A stretch of 63,888 nt of DNA, counting the filler, from Choristocarpus tenellus KU-1152 (lineage: Eukaryota > Protista > Phaeophyceae): assembly GCA_964200185.2 (NCBI GenBank). It is 12 parts of 12 records of this genome, joined end to end, with 100 filler letters (N's around TTAATTAATTAA, not from the genome) between each part and the next. Parts side by side here need not be neighbours in the genome. Positions count along the whole stretch, not along the records: positions 8,818 to 13,442 come from CAXNAD020013740.1; positions 13,543 to 16,738 come from CAXNAD020021623.1; positions 16,839 to 20,081 come from CAXNAD020021310.1; positions 20,182 to 29,405 come from CAXNAD020003862.1; 8 more parts are not named here. One strand, written 5' to 3'. The notes under the pieces were generated by a model that was not told where the DNA came from, searched no databases, and saw only the letters and a program-made list of their open reading frames with translations. This document shows positions 11,602 through 23,740 of this stretch, in pieces. The stretch's first letter is position 1. Each line of letters opens with the position of its first letter. Made by a program: the position numbers and the translations under genes.

Positions 11602-13246
11602 TTAGTACATGGTTGGTCGTTGGTCCTGAAGTCGACCCCCTAGTGATGGTCGACTCCCCTTACCCTTGGTACTGTTGGCTCTGTAGCCCTTACCCTGGAA
11701 CAGTTCCCGCCCAGCAGAGTCCGCTATGACTCCAGAAGAGAGCTTGGGCACTGAGACCAACACCTTATTATTTTCAAAGATGTAAAAACGTATTTTATAT
11801 AGCACAATGGGGAGAGAGAGACTTGGAATAGTTAAGGCAATGATTTAAGTAATGGACAAAAACACATTCGAATTTTTCAGAAACGATGAAACGAACGGTT
11901 CAGTAACTCAAAAATCATAGTAATCTACAAAAAAAGGTCTTACTGGGTGAGTACATTCCATTGGTGCAAGCAATTATATGATCTCAAATGCCCCTTACAA
12001 CCTAGAGTTCAGCCACATTCTCAATCCTGGATTACAATGATAGATCAAGTGTACAGTTAATCACCAAGAGGTGGACAGTGTGGGCATGGATGCTTACATA
12101 AAATCTAGATGGTGTTGCTGCTCCTGGGAATATATCATGCAATAATCATCATAACACTATAATACTCAAGGGGTGGACCAGCATTGAAAATTGAGCCCCT
12201 TTTACAGCAGTTTACAGAGTGTTCCAGGTCCTAATTTCTATCAACTAATAAATCAGAGGTTCATATAACGGTATTATGTGAATCATATTTACCATCAACA
12301 GGAGAAGAAATTGAGCAAACGTCCTCAACATATTCTTGTGTACTAATAGTGGCCTTGGTCTTTCCAATAACTGGACGATGTAGAAAGGCAATTTTTTCAC
12401 CCATCAAAGAATCTGTGCACTACCTTAAGTCAATGGAACGCATTGATCCCATAACCTTCGTCCCTTCTACAGGATCATAGCACTATGCAAAAGAGAGCTA
12501 TTCCAATAGAGTCTTAGTTTATGTTGTATGGATGGATTTATTAGCGGAGTGAGCACAGCCCTCGGTGGTGGGGTGCTCTCCCTTATATTATTATCTATTG
12601 TGCACGTCAGCAAACACGAACAAAAATGTGTCTGTGTCAGTCGCACTACGTCAGCCACATATATTAAACAAAATAAGAAATCGCAACATCGAGACTCCAA
12701 CCTGCTATTCTAAGCACACGAAATCAATTCCTTCGCTCTTACTTCATTTAGGCAATACATCTGTTGTGAAGTACTGGTCACTAAACAGATAACACCACCT
12801 AGCCTATATTGCAAAAGCACCTCCCTGGATAAATCTTGGGATCAACCAAAACGTCAACTGACGTGTACGTTGACTAATTGCCCCCTTGCACTGTTTGATA
12901 CTACAGAAAGATATATCAGAGGCTGGTTCACATGTACATACCTGTACCACATTGATAAGCTGTTGAACACCACAGCAAACCATCAGTGCCATCCATGCAG
13001 ACCTCAACCACCACACGGCAATGTAGGTGAAAAAAACATTGCATCTATCCCTGGAACACCTGTCGCTGCCTCCTCCATCTCCCCCTCAAACCCCCTTCCC
13101 CTAAGTGCAGTAGACGAGAAAGCTCCGTAATCATAGAAGGTGGCAGGAGTTCCAATGTAGCAGGCGGGGGAATATCTTAGCAAAGCTGAGACTGCTGGGA
13201 GGAAGGAGTATGACAGGAACAGGAAGGTCTCACTGCCAAAACTCAC
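11602..13246 (-). CDS. Possible 3' part of a CDP-alcohol phosphatidyltransferase (PI-synthase-like) gene; exons 13246-12942 (one apparent frameshift) and 11763-11602
   Basis: VSFGSETFLFLSY and ALMVCCGVQQLINVVQ|VLVSVPKL resemble the PIS C-terminal motifs C.G.E.F...LY and KQ.INVVQL. Splice sites are canonical, but the model needs one extra T in a T7 run. Confidence 0.35.
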
Positions 13247-13355
13247 CTAGATGGTATTAGGTGTGTATAGAGAGGAGACGGGTGTTAGAGAGACGCAGTG
13301 ATGAGGTCTGTGTTCAATATAAGGATGAGGTGTAACCATTCTGAACAAGCACAAT

Positions 13356-13442
13356 GGATCAAAGTATCTGGGAGAGGGGTGCCGGCCTCCGTTTTTAACC
13401 CTGGCTCAAAGTATCTGGGGGGGGTGGCGGCTGTCCATTTGG
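13356..13442. mobile_element. 46-bp mini-element (13356-13401) followed by the start of a MITE B (13403 to the gap)
   Basis: GGATCAAAGTATCTGGGAGAGGGGTGCCGG...TTTTAACCC, then GGCTCAAAGTATCTGGGG. Confidence 0.75.
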
Positions 13443-15305
13443 NNNNNNNNNNNNNNNNNNNNNNNNNNNNNNNNNNNNNNNNNNNNTTAATTAATTAANN
13501 NNNNNNNNNNNNNNNNNNNNNNNNNNNNNNNNNNNNNNNNNNCTGTTGCTGGTCCCCACCACCTGACCCCTACGAAGGAACAATGCCGCATGCAACAGAA
13601 CACCGGGAGGTGAGGGGTAGGGTGTGGGGGAGGCGATGTAGAGCATGGAAGAGGACTTAGCACCACGAATAACAACCGGAGATTGAAAATATCCCCATGG
13701 ATTGATACAAATACAAATACAAAACAAAACAAAACAAAACGTGTCTGCTGCTGTTGAGATTGTGCAACCTACCACTTCTTCATTCATCATAATATCATAG
13801 CACCACTATTACTCACTATATATGTATATATATATCAGTGCATATATTCTATGTTTCATGTACCGCCAACTATTCCCAGAAACTCCCGGAGTTTCACCAC
13901 ACTCTCAAGTGGAGGGTTGGCAGATGGTATAATGATAGAGAATGAACTGTTGACAAGGTAACACAGAAACCATGCAGTACATCCAAATGCTCCTACACAC
14001 AATCATACCATAGAGCCAGTCTAATTTTTGACCCTGCTCATCTTTCTGGTTGGTGGTGGGCTTTGAGCTGAACAGGAAAACACAAAAAATATGTATGTAA
14101 TTTTTTTTTTTACATCACTCCGTGGTTCATCTTACCTGAAAATGTGAATTTAGGATTTGTTTTGGAAAGGGATCTGCAGGTACAAATAAATGGTGTCGAC
14201 ATATGTCCATTAAAGCATCAAAATATACACACAAACATATGTAGTCCAATTTCAAAGGAGGGGTATATTCAAATGCAGGGTACACTCCAACTACCCTTGA
14301 ACCTTGTCCAACATCTGTGTTGGAGCTGCACTTGAAAGTACACCTGACTCAGTACCACAGACGATCCTGCAGAACCTTGGACCGCAGTCCTGCATCTGCA
14401 TGGAACCAAAGAGCATGGTACTAGAACAAAGTACAAGCGGTTGGCTGCTGTGCACATGAAAAAGTAACAATACCAAGAAGCACCAAATATTTGTATTTCT
14501 TAAATACAGGGGCAGGCATGTGCAACAGCTGACTCACAGACGAAAAATGTTAATGGCCTTGTCACAATACACACTGCTGCAACCCTACAGGCTCCCTCCT
14601 CCTCTTGAAAAAAGTGACATGCACACTCTATACAAGAGACAGGAGGTGCCACTACACACACTAAGAGAAACATTCATTCTCAGTACACCCCCCTCTCCCC
14701 ATACATACTGCAGCAAAGGGATCATAGCCAAAGAGCCCATCCGCCTCACCACAACCTACTAAACTCCTGATGATCTCGAGTGAGACCTGGTCATGAAGAA
14801 CACGCCGGTGCCATTTCATAGTACCCCTAAAGCACTCAGCAGCATATTCAACATCAATATATACGTATTCGGTTCACTTCATGCTTGCCAACTACTGACA
14901 TCACAAAAACACCCAACCAGCTCATAGAAAAGCTCTCCCGGTGTCCCTCATTACAACACGCAACACACTGCATCGTGTAGCAGCAATTTTTCTTCTTAAA
15001 ACCTTTTTCTGGACAGGCCGTCAATAAAAAAAACCCCAACACACACACAATCACACAATCACACACACACACACAGAAAAAGTAATTTATTTCCAGCTTT
15101 CTGTCAACCAAGGAATTGGAAGTCGATGGATCAGTTTGATGCTTCTACACACTCTACCACAATTCATTTCCTAGTCATATCGTACGACTAACTAAACCAG
15201 GATTGTACCAGAAATGCTGTGGTGTAGCGGGGTGAGCTCCTCTATCTTAAAAACTTGTAAAAAAAAAGAAGGAAATATGTAAACTCTAGATTCCCCTCTC
15301 TCTCT

Positions 15306-15342
<37 letters not shown>

Positions 15343-18132
15343 AATATTATAGTACTATGAAGTGGAGTGGTTTGCTCAAGGCAAGGGTGGTAGCGACGAG
15401 AATCAAGGTTGAATGTTCTGGAATGAGGGCAGAGACTGCAGTGAATTGCACAGAACTCCAGAGTGGTGATGAGGATAATATGAGAGAGGGATGATCAGAA
15501 CAAAATAAACCCCAAGAGGTGAGAACAAAGATATCTCTTGATGCTCGACATCTATGATTGAAAGATGTGCAGCAGCACTTGCAGGATTGATTTCTTGGGA
15601 AAGACTCCACGCCTCGATCTCACGAAAAATCCTCCGCTGGAATCTAAGATTCCTGACAAGGAAATCTTAATCGTTGTGTCGGTACATGATACATAACAAC
15701 AATGGTATGATATTAGACAACCCTCCTTTCCACATACAGTTATATATATATATATAGTTTTTATTACATGTATGTGGTCCGAACCTCAAAAAAATATATT
15801 AACAAAAAAAAATTCAGCATTTGAACAGGAAGGGATGGAAGAAATATGATCCTCCCCAAACCGGCTCTCTCTAAATCCTGGTGGTAACGATCGAAACACG
15901 TAACTGCACCTAAAAAACAAAACAAAACAAGAACTTCAAAACGTATACTTATCAGAGATGCGGATTGGCACTCACTACTACTACTACTACTACACACTCA
16001 GCACACACACACACAACGTACTCGCTCAAAAAAAAAAAAGGTCACAAAAAAAAAAAGGGCACATCCCATCCATCGACCACAACAGCCTGTTGACTGGACC
16101 TTCTCGGAGGCTGGTCAACACACGATTAGAACGCATTCCTACCCTCTTCTCGCCTCGCCTCGCCTCGCGTCCAAAAAAGTTTCAACATTTTTTTTTTTCT
16201 CATGAAGATTCGCACGTGTACCCAGAGCATATCTTCACAAAGCCAAAGCCAAAGCCAAGGCCAAGGCCAAAGACAAGCAGGCGTTACTGATCGTGTCGCA
16301 GAAGAGACGCGCCCCGAGGTCTACCCCTGTTTGACCACAATTGACTGTGTCGTACGTCGATGACTGACTCTATTCCCATGGACCCCTTCTGTTACAAAAT
16401 CGAAATGGTGGTGTGGAAAACATACCCCTCACAGGTCTCGCTCGCCGCCGTGTGCCATTGAAAGTCCATACCATCTCTCGTACTCCTACACTACCAACTC
16501 TGCGCAAGGACCCCCCCCCAAAAAAATATATTAAAAAAAAAATGTATGTATATATATATATTCTTTTTTTTTGGACCAATCGATCTGGTGCAAACAACTG
16601 ACTAAAAAAAAAAAAGAACTTCAGGTTACAAACTTAGTCACCTCCTCATCTTTAATTAATTAATTTTTTTTTTTTGTGTTGAGAACAAGGTGAAACAGAT
16701 ACCTGACACTCCTTTACACTACATATTCCAAGTCGGTGNNNNNNNNNNNNNNNNNNNNNNNNNNNNNNNNNNNNNNNNNNNNTTAATTAATTAANNNNNN
16801 NNNNNNNNNNNNNNNNNNNNNNNNNNNNNNNNNNNNNNGCGTTAGCCTATGAATTGGATTTGACTTGTACATCCTGGAAAGGTGAGCATTGAGGGGCGCC
16901 TGTAACATGTACTCGAACTCTGGTATTGGCAGCATTCAAGAGACCTAATTATTTTATTTGATCTGAGAGTGTTACAGTGCTGCTTCTGGAACTGAGTCAC
17001 ATGCTGCAGTACCAGGCTATAGCTAGCGAGTCACAAGGCAGATGCCCATCCCGATCAAGCAAACGACATGTTGTGTAAAATACACTCAAAACAATTACAC
17101 CCTTTGATTCACAGATGTGGCCTTTACCTGACTATATTGGAGAGATGCATTAATTATTTTATTGTGGGAAGGATGGCAATGTATCATCACACAGTGGTAT
17201 GGCGTTAGCATTTGACGCCCGCCCATATAATGCATGTGGGAGATACCGATTCATCATTTTTTTGGATGAAATGGAGGGTGTCAGGCGCATGTTTGGGCAC
17301 TTTAGCGTGCATGTTCACCACGAGGCTATCACATTTTTTTTATTTCAGGCTTAGATTCCAAATATGATACATGAGATTGGATCCAGTTATAATTGCCGCT
17401 CTGAAACTCTTCTTTCGTTAGCTGCAATATTAAATTACCACCTTCTCACTGTGTGTGTCGTCTTTCTAGCAAGCCATTCCAAAATGGAGCACAGTGGCTG
17501 CAATTGATGCCTCAGCAAAACATTCTTCCTTAGCACTCCGAGAAGATATTAACATGTTTCTATCCCTCCTGAGCAAGAGACTTTGGTGTCTGCTGTTAGC
17601 TCAAGTTCACCTTCTCTTACCTCAGCATCTACTGTACTCGAACCCAAAGTTAGTCATTTCAAGCTATCAATCCTCTGGAAAAGTTGGATCCGTGGAAGCA
17701 TATTGCAGTCAACGTCAGGCATACTCTGTGGCATACTGGATATTGTTCGGTGACTGTGCAACTCGGCAATCCTCCTAGTGATGATGTTAAAGTAAACAAG
17801 GCAGGTACGGTACTCGGTAGAAACAATTTTGGTTAACGTTAGATTGTCGTATATTGCTCATGCTAATGTTGAATCTAACACACCACCCCGTTTCAACAAC
17901 TGGTCGAGCAGAATTAAATGCCGCACTTAAGCCTTATTTGAGTCTTCCACTAAATTCGTCAGAATTGGGTTCCTGCACAATTGCCAAGGCAGAAATCCCA
18001 ACACCCTGGAACTGGACCTGTCGGTTGAGCTACTTGTGCAGCCAACTCCCGTGATAGAGATGCTGCTGATGAGTGTGTTGTCCGTTGTTGACCAACGACC
18101 AAGTCCTTGGGGCTCAACTGTTACCACTCTGA

Positions 18133-18308
18133 GGCCCAAAGTATCTGGGGGGGGGGGGGTCTACACCAGGGTGTCCATTTGGGTCATGACCAGGAAAAGT
18201 GCACTTACATTATCCACCCGACGTATGCAACCAAATCACAGAAAAATCGCGACATGAAAAAATTGACCCCAAAAGGACAGCCTCGACCCCCCCCAGATAT
18301 TTTGAGCT
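18133..18308. mobile_element. MITE family B inserted in Gypsy RT
   Basis: Both TIRs present, with a perfect 4-bp TSD CTGA/CTGA. Confidence 0.9.
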
Positions 18309-18750
18309 CTGATATTATGTATAGATCATAGGGTCACTTTAACAAGAGTATTATTAGGAAGACATAAGCCTATGTCATGCGCTGAGGCACGTCTGGATTC
18401 CATTGGAGCTGCAAAGTTCATAACAATAGCAGACACTCAATCTGCGTACCACTAGCTTCCAACGACTCCGGGGAATATTGAGAAGACAGCATTATCTCTC
18501 ATAGGGCAGGTATTATTTTCAATCAAAAGCCTTTCGGCATCAGAAATACAACTCGCTTGGTTGTTTCAATGCATGGTGTCTCTTGTCTTACCAGACCTTT
18601 GCACCTGTTCAGGACTTCTCTGCTGTTTGGATGATCTCATGACATTTTCTTCTTCTTGGGAACCCTCTTTGTAATTAATTTTAGTGCATGTTTTCTCCAC
18701 TTTATGCAGCAGGACTGACCTTATGACCATCTAAGGTACAGTTTGGTCCA

Positions 18751-18796
18751 GGGTCAAAAACGGACCCCGGCATCCCCTCCCCGGATACTTTGATCC
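18751..18796. mobile_element. 46-bp mini-MITE
   Basis: TCCA|GGGTCAAAAACGG...GGATACTTTGATCC|TCCA. Removing it restores the Gypsy frame KVQFGP-ARVDGFGH. Confidence 0.75.
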
Positions 18797-18871
18797 TCCA
18801 GCAAGGGTTGATGGTTTTGGTCATACATTTTCTAGTGCTGGCATTTGAATTGGCGAGACACAGATTCCTCA

Positions 18872-19128
18872 GAGCCAAAGTATCTTAGAGGGTAGAGCTG
18901 TGTCCATTTGGGGGCCAAAATCCAATGCTACGATTTTGATGTAATTTTGGCCATTGTGTTTGTTAGGAAGTTTCAATATTCATGTTCTGGACAAACCTTT
19001 TCAAAACGTATACATTTTATCTACTCCGAAACATTTTGGAGTAGGAAAATGTCATTAAAAAAACATGGGAAGCCAAGCCCCAAACGGACAAACAGGGCAA
19101 AACTCATACCCTCTAAGATACTTCGCTC
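18872..19128. mobile_element. MITE family A
   Basis: Both TIRs and the conserved body. Confidence 0.9.
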
Positions 19129-19827
19129 TCTACCTCGCACTATTACAGAAGTCAGATCTGTATTGGCATACTACAAATTATGTTCGTAGGTTCACACTTA
19201 AACTTCATCCAAATGATGGGGCTGCTGTTAAAGTTTACCCACGAAAAGTGTAATAAAACCAGGCATCAAAGAGTGTATCAAAAATATCTGGGGGAAGATC
19301 GTGTGCTGCTTTTGAGTGAATAAAAAGGCTATTTACCACAGGTCCTACTCTACACTCTTTCTTTGTTTTGGCAGAGTGTTTGTGGTGCGTGTTGATGCAA
19401 AATGTATTGGGGTTGTTGCTTTTCTTGCTCTAAGATTTGTTGACCTCGATAGATCTAGTCCACTAATTGCAGCATACTTCAGAAAGAAATCTGAGGAGGG
19501 CAAGTAGTATTATTTAGGTACTTCTATAGAGTATTTAGCTGCTGTTTTGCTCATTACTTACTGGAGACCTTATCATCGGGTAAAGCACTTTACAGAGGTT
19601 ACTGATCATGCAGCTCTCTGCTATTTGTATTCCATACAAGATGCACCGAATTTGCTCACACACTAGTCTATTTAATTGGCATTTTTTTCCTGTGCAACGT
19701 AAACCCAACAAATATCAAGAGGTTTTGGATGCTTTGTCGTGTTTACTTGAATTTGAAGAGGGTGAACTTACATACCTTCCTGCTGCCTTACCCCCTATTT
19801 GCCGTAATGTTCCTGGCGGATCATGTT

Positions 19828-20081
19828 GAGTGAAAGTATCTTAGAGGCTACGAGTTTTGCCCTGTTTGTCCCTTTGGGGCTTCGCTTCCCACGTTTTTTT
19901 TATAACATTTTCCTACTCCAAAATATTTAGGAGTGTAGGTAAAATATATGCATTATGAAAAGGTGTGTCTGGAATAAGGACATTGACACTAACAAGCATT
20001 ATAGCCAAAATTACATCAAAATCACAACATTGGATTTTGACCCCCAGATGGACACCGCTCTACCCTCTATGATACTTTGGC
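19828..20081. mobile_element. MITE family A, ending at a gap
   Basis: TIRs and the conserved body. Confidence 0.9.
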
Positions 20082-20181
20082 NNNNNNNNNNNNNNNNNNN
20101 NNNNNNNNNNNNNNNNNNNNNNNNNTTAATTAATTAANNNNNNNNNNNNNNNNNNNNNNNNNNNNNNNNNNNNNNNNNNNN

Positions 20182-21100
20182 GGAACAACATCCCCTGCAC
20201 CTACCCCAGAGGTCGACATCCTGGCTGCCCATGACGCCAGGATCACGAGGAGGGCTCAACACGAGATCGCATGCCTACCTAGTGAAGTGCGCCAGGGGAA
20301 GGAAAGCTCCTCATTAGCTCTAGCGTGCCACCGGAGCCAGTGTGGACAAGGAGCAAATGCATGCGCCTCAACGTAACCTCTGGAACCAGCATGCCAGATC
20401 CCCCCTCTAGAATTCAAGCTTATAGTCAGTAGATCCCTACCCCTAAACCTAGGGAGAGAGGAGGCTCTATCCAGCAGGTGTAGAGTGGCAGGGTGCAGGA
20501 GGCAAAATGTCGACACCAGATATGCCCGTACCTGCCCCAGGGCAGGAGGACAGTTCGACAGCACACCCCCATTGTGAAATGCAAAGGCCAATAATGCAAG
20601 GGAAAGGGCATCCCTTGCACTACAAAGGATGACAGCCCCTTCAAGGTAGACATAAATCTCCGCATGGATCTAGTTTTCCATGTAGGGGCACTGGCAGACG
20701 CTGGAACAGCTCCCTACCAGGAGAAAGGCCTTCTGCTTGATGTTACATTTGCAGAAATGGAGACCACCTCCCATCTTGCACATTCATCTACCAGCAATTG
20801 TGTAGCTGCTGTTACAGCCGAGGCGCGAAAGCACACCCACTATGAGGGCTCTTTTGATCCTCGTAGTTATAACCTCAACACCTTCACGGTGGAAAGTTTT
20901 GGGAGCATCAGTAAGCAAGCGGAATGCTTCCTGAACGAGCTGGCTACACACATGGTGGGGGGAGAGGAACTGGAGGATATATTGCAGGAAAGGAGTAGTT
21001 AAGTCCCATCTACACCAAATTGTCTCAGTAACTATGCAAGTGGCACTGTCTAGAAGTGTCTTGCTTTTTAAGCTGGAGTCACCAGGGAGATGGGCACGGA
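20182..21100 (+). mobile_element. Non-LTR retrotransposon 3' end with a restriction-like endonuclease (CRE/R2-type), decayed
   Basis: Cys-knuckle remnant CRVAGC...YARTCP, then MDLVF...LLDVT...AEARKHTHY..SFDP...FTVESFG...FLNELA. Confidence 0.75.
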
Positions 21101-21958
21101 GGGGTTTGTTGGATTCTTGGGATGCCTCCCTAGCTCCTCACCCTGAGGCACAGGAATAGGTAGACTGGAGGCACAGGAAGGCAGTGGTATAACATAGATA
21201 GTGAAATAGCAAATAGATTATTGTTTTGCACATTTGTGATGTACTTTGTTTCTTTAGGGCTTGTACTGACATGGGAATAGTTCTCATTGGTTTCTCCCCT
21301 GGCACATCTCCAAAATGTCAGAGGGCATAACAATAAATATCTTTGAATGGTAGTAATGACAACCATAATATATATATGTATATATTTGTCGAGAATGGAG
21401 AATACATGACGTACAAATTTCGCAGTCTGTTCCTATATACTTCCTCTGCTGGGAATTAGACGTAACATGATGTTTGCAATATCTGATCTCGCCCAGGAGC
21501 AACCCATGTGATACACATTCTGGACGAGGTTCAGTTCTCATATAGATTGGGAGGCATATAAAGCTCGAGCTGGTGGGCTGTCATGATTGTGGAGGATCAC
21601 CAATGCAAAGTCGACCAAGTTGCATTTGATGGGTTTCAAGAACCTCATGCAACTGTCAAAGCGAGTGTTTATTGGGATGGCTAGAATGGAGGCCCCCCGT
21701 CATTTGAACATCTCACTCATCCCGGTGTCACCTGTTGGTCTCAATTCTTCGACCCAGAAGTCTGTCCTGGGTCCAGACTCAAACACCCTGATGAAGAACA
21801 GCGTGGTAGCGCGATGTCTGGAAGCGAGAGGGCATGAGACTCGGACGCCTCGGGAGATGGTGGTGGCCATCGCAAGAGGACTTTGGAATTTCCTGAATCA
21901 CAGTGTTCCGCCATCTGAAGGAGTATAACAGCCAAATCGTACTGCGTGAATGCATGGA

Positions 21959-22136
21959 GCTAGAAGTATCTGGGGGGGGGGTGGCGGCTGTCCATTTGGG
22001 GTCCATTATTTCATGTCGCAATTTTTTTGTGATTAGGTTGCATACGTTGGATGGATAATGTAAGCGCACTTTTCTGGTCATGGCCAAATGGACACCCTGG
22101 TGTAAACCACCCCCCTTCCCCCAGATAATTTGGGTC
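21959..22136. mobile_element. MITE family B
   Basis: TIRs and body, flanked by TGGA/TGGA. Confidence 0.88.
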
Positions 22137-23740
22137 TGGACCTTGTACAATGATGCAAAGGGCGATGTGACTGCTGTACAAGTATCCTCAACGTTTGGGA
22201 TGTCCTATCGATACAATGCATACCCTTCCGCAAATGGGTGGCAAAAGGTGGGGTCTCCCTTGCCTCGTTGTTGAATCTGTGCAAGCACGAGAAAGTGAAC
22301 TTCAAAGTAGTGGATTAAGCCAGTCCTCTCAGACCAGGACAAAAGGAAAAGCCAACAGTGTGGGTTTCGTCATCCCACATGCACACGAGGGGGGGAAGTG
22401 GGGTATTAGTGGACAATGATATGTATGACTGGGTGCATGTGGACAAGACATGTTTTTTACATAATTAAAGATGGGTGAAGTGTGAACCTGCACCCCACTG
22501 AGGACCCCTCAAACCCCAACAGGCACAGAATAAGTGTTACGTTACGAAGGTGATTTCTCTCTTGTTTGGAAATTTTCGGTAGAATTAAGAAACGTACCTA
22601 TACGCTTTCTACAAAAAGTCGAATTATGCACAGTTTATTGTCAGCATCCTTATAAATGTAACCCTGGGTACCTCTTGTTTTCTTCAGCCCGAATATGAAG
22701 TACAAAGTATACATTATTTCCATACAGTATTTCTTCAAGGGGCCCACTCGTGCCAAACACAATTTCGAATTTTTTGTGTGGGAGGGAGGGGTACGTACGT
22801 CGCAAAACTCTAATCCACTGGTCCCACTATCATCATTGCTCTACTCCTCAAAACCACTCTACAAAGACTCACCTTCATAAACTCAATGTGGCATTTTTTA
22901 TTGCCACTCTTTCTGAACATACGGAAAAATATATTCATTTAGACTTACAAAAACCAGTTCAAGATATTGGTAGCTATCCCTAGATGTGAAGAGGCAGATA
23001 TCTCTAGCTGCCATCCTACTCCTCTCTCCCCTTTCTTCTACCTTTCTGTGAAGTCACACCTCCCTCCATATTCTTTAATTACATTATTCTTGGAGTACTT
23101 GAAGACATGTGCAAAACGTTTTATTTGCTTTTGAATGATTCTCTTATTATATTTCCTGAAGGATTTGTGTGACTTGCCAATCTGAAGGAGGGCGACAATA
23201 ACCATAAACTGGCTCTATTTTGCCAATGCTACCCGAACGAGATATATAGATGGAAAGCTCCATGGCAATCTCGTTTGAAGGTCCTCATTATTGCATATCT
23301 AAGGACAACTTAAACGGACGTGCTTCATCTCATCCCTAAACAGTCACACTGCTAGATCCATAGTATCCTAGAGTGGGAGATAGGCGTCCAGTGGGGGCCT
23401 GTGCGACCCTGTATTGACTTCCATGTCGTACGAGTGAACATGCCAGATGTGAGGTCAATTTTCTTCATCTGAAAGCATTTTCCTTTTCCATCACCTTTGC
23501 CTAAACCAAATTCGAAGAAAACCACTTGCAAAATGGGTACCAAACTGAGGTATCTTACAACTCATAAAACCCTGAATGGACAACCTGGGCTAAACATCCC
23601 CCCACTCTAGGTGATCTTATAGCTTTGCTCTGCTCCACAAATGTATACTGAAGACAATACAAATGTTTATCTATAGTAAAGGTCCAAACCTTTCCTCTTT
23701 GTTTGAACAAACCCTTTTTCTTCTTGTCTTTGAAATTGGG

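Larger units (their letters stand above)
17900..19820 (+). mobile_element. Decayed Ty3/Gypsy pol (RT and RNase H) interrupted by three MITEs
   Basis: Motifs in the expected order: SPWGSTVT, LDSIGAAKFITIADTQSAYH, PFGI, CLDDLMTFS, GLTL*PSKVQFG, FVVRVDA, VTDHAAL. Confidence 0.85.

Noticed and set aside
14280-15660. Possible minus-strand exons (for example NLRFQRRIFREIEAW)
   Set aside because: No recognisable family and no phase-consistent exon chain.
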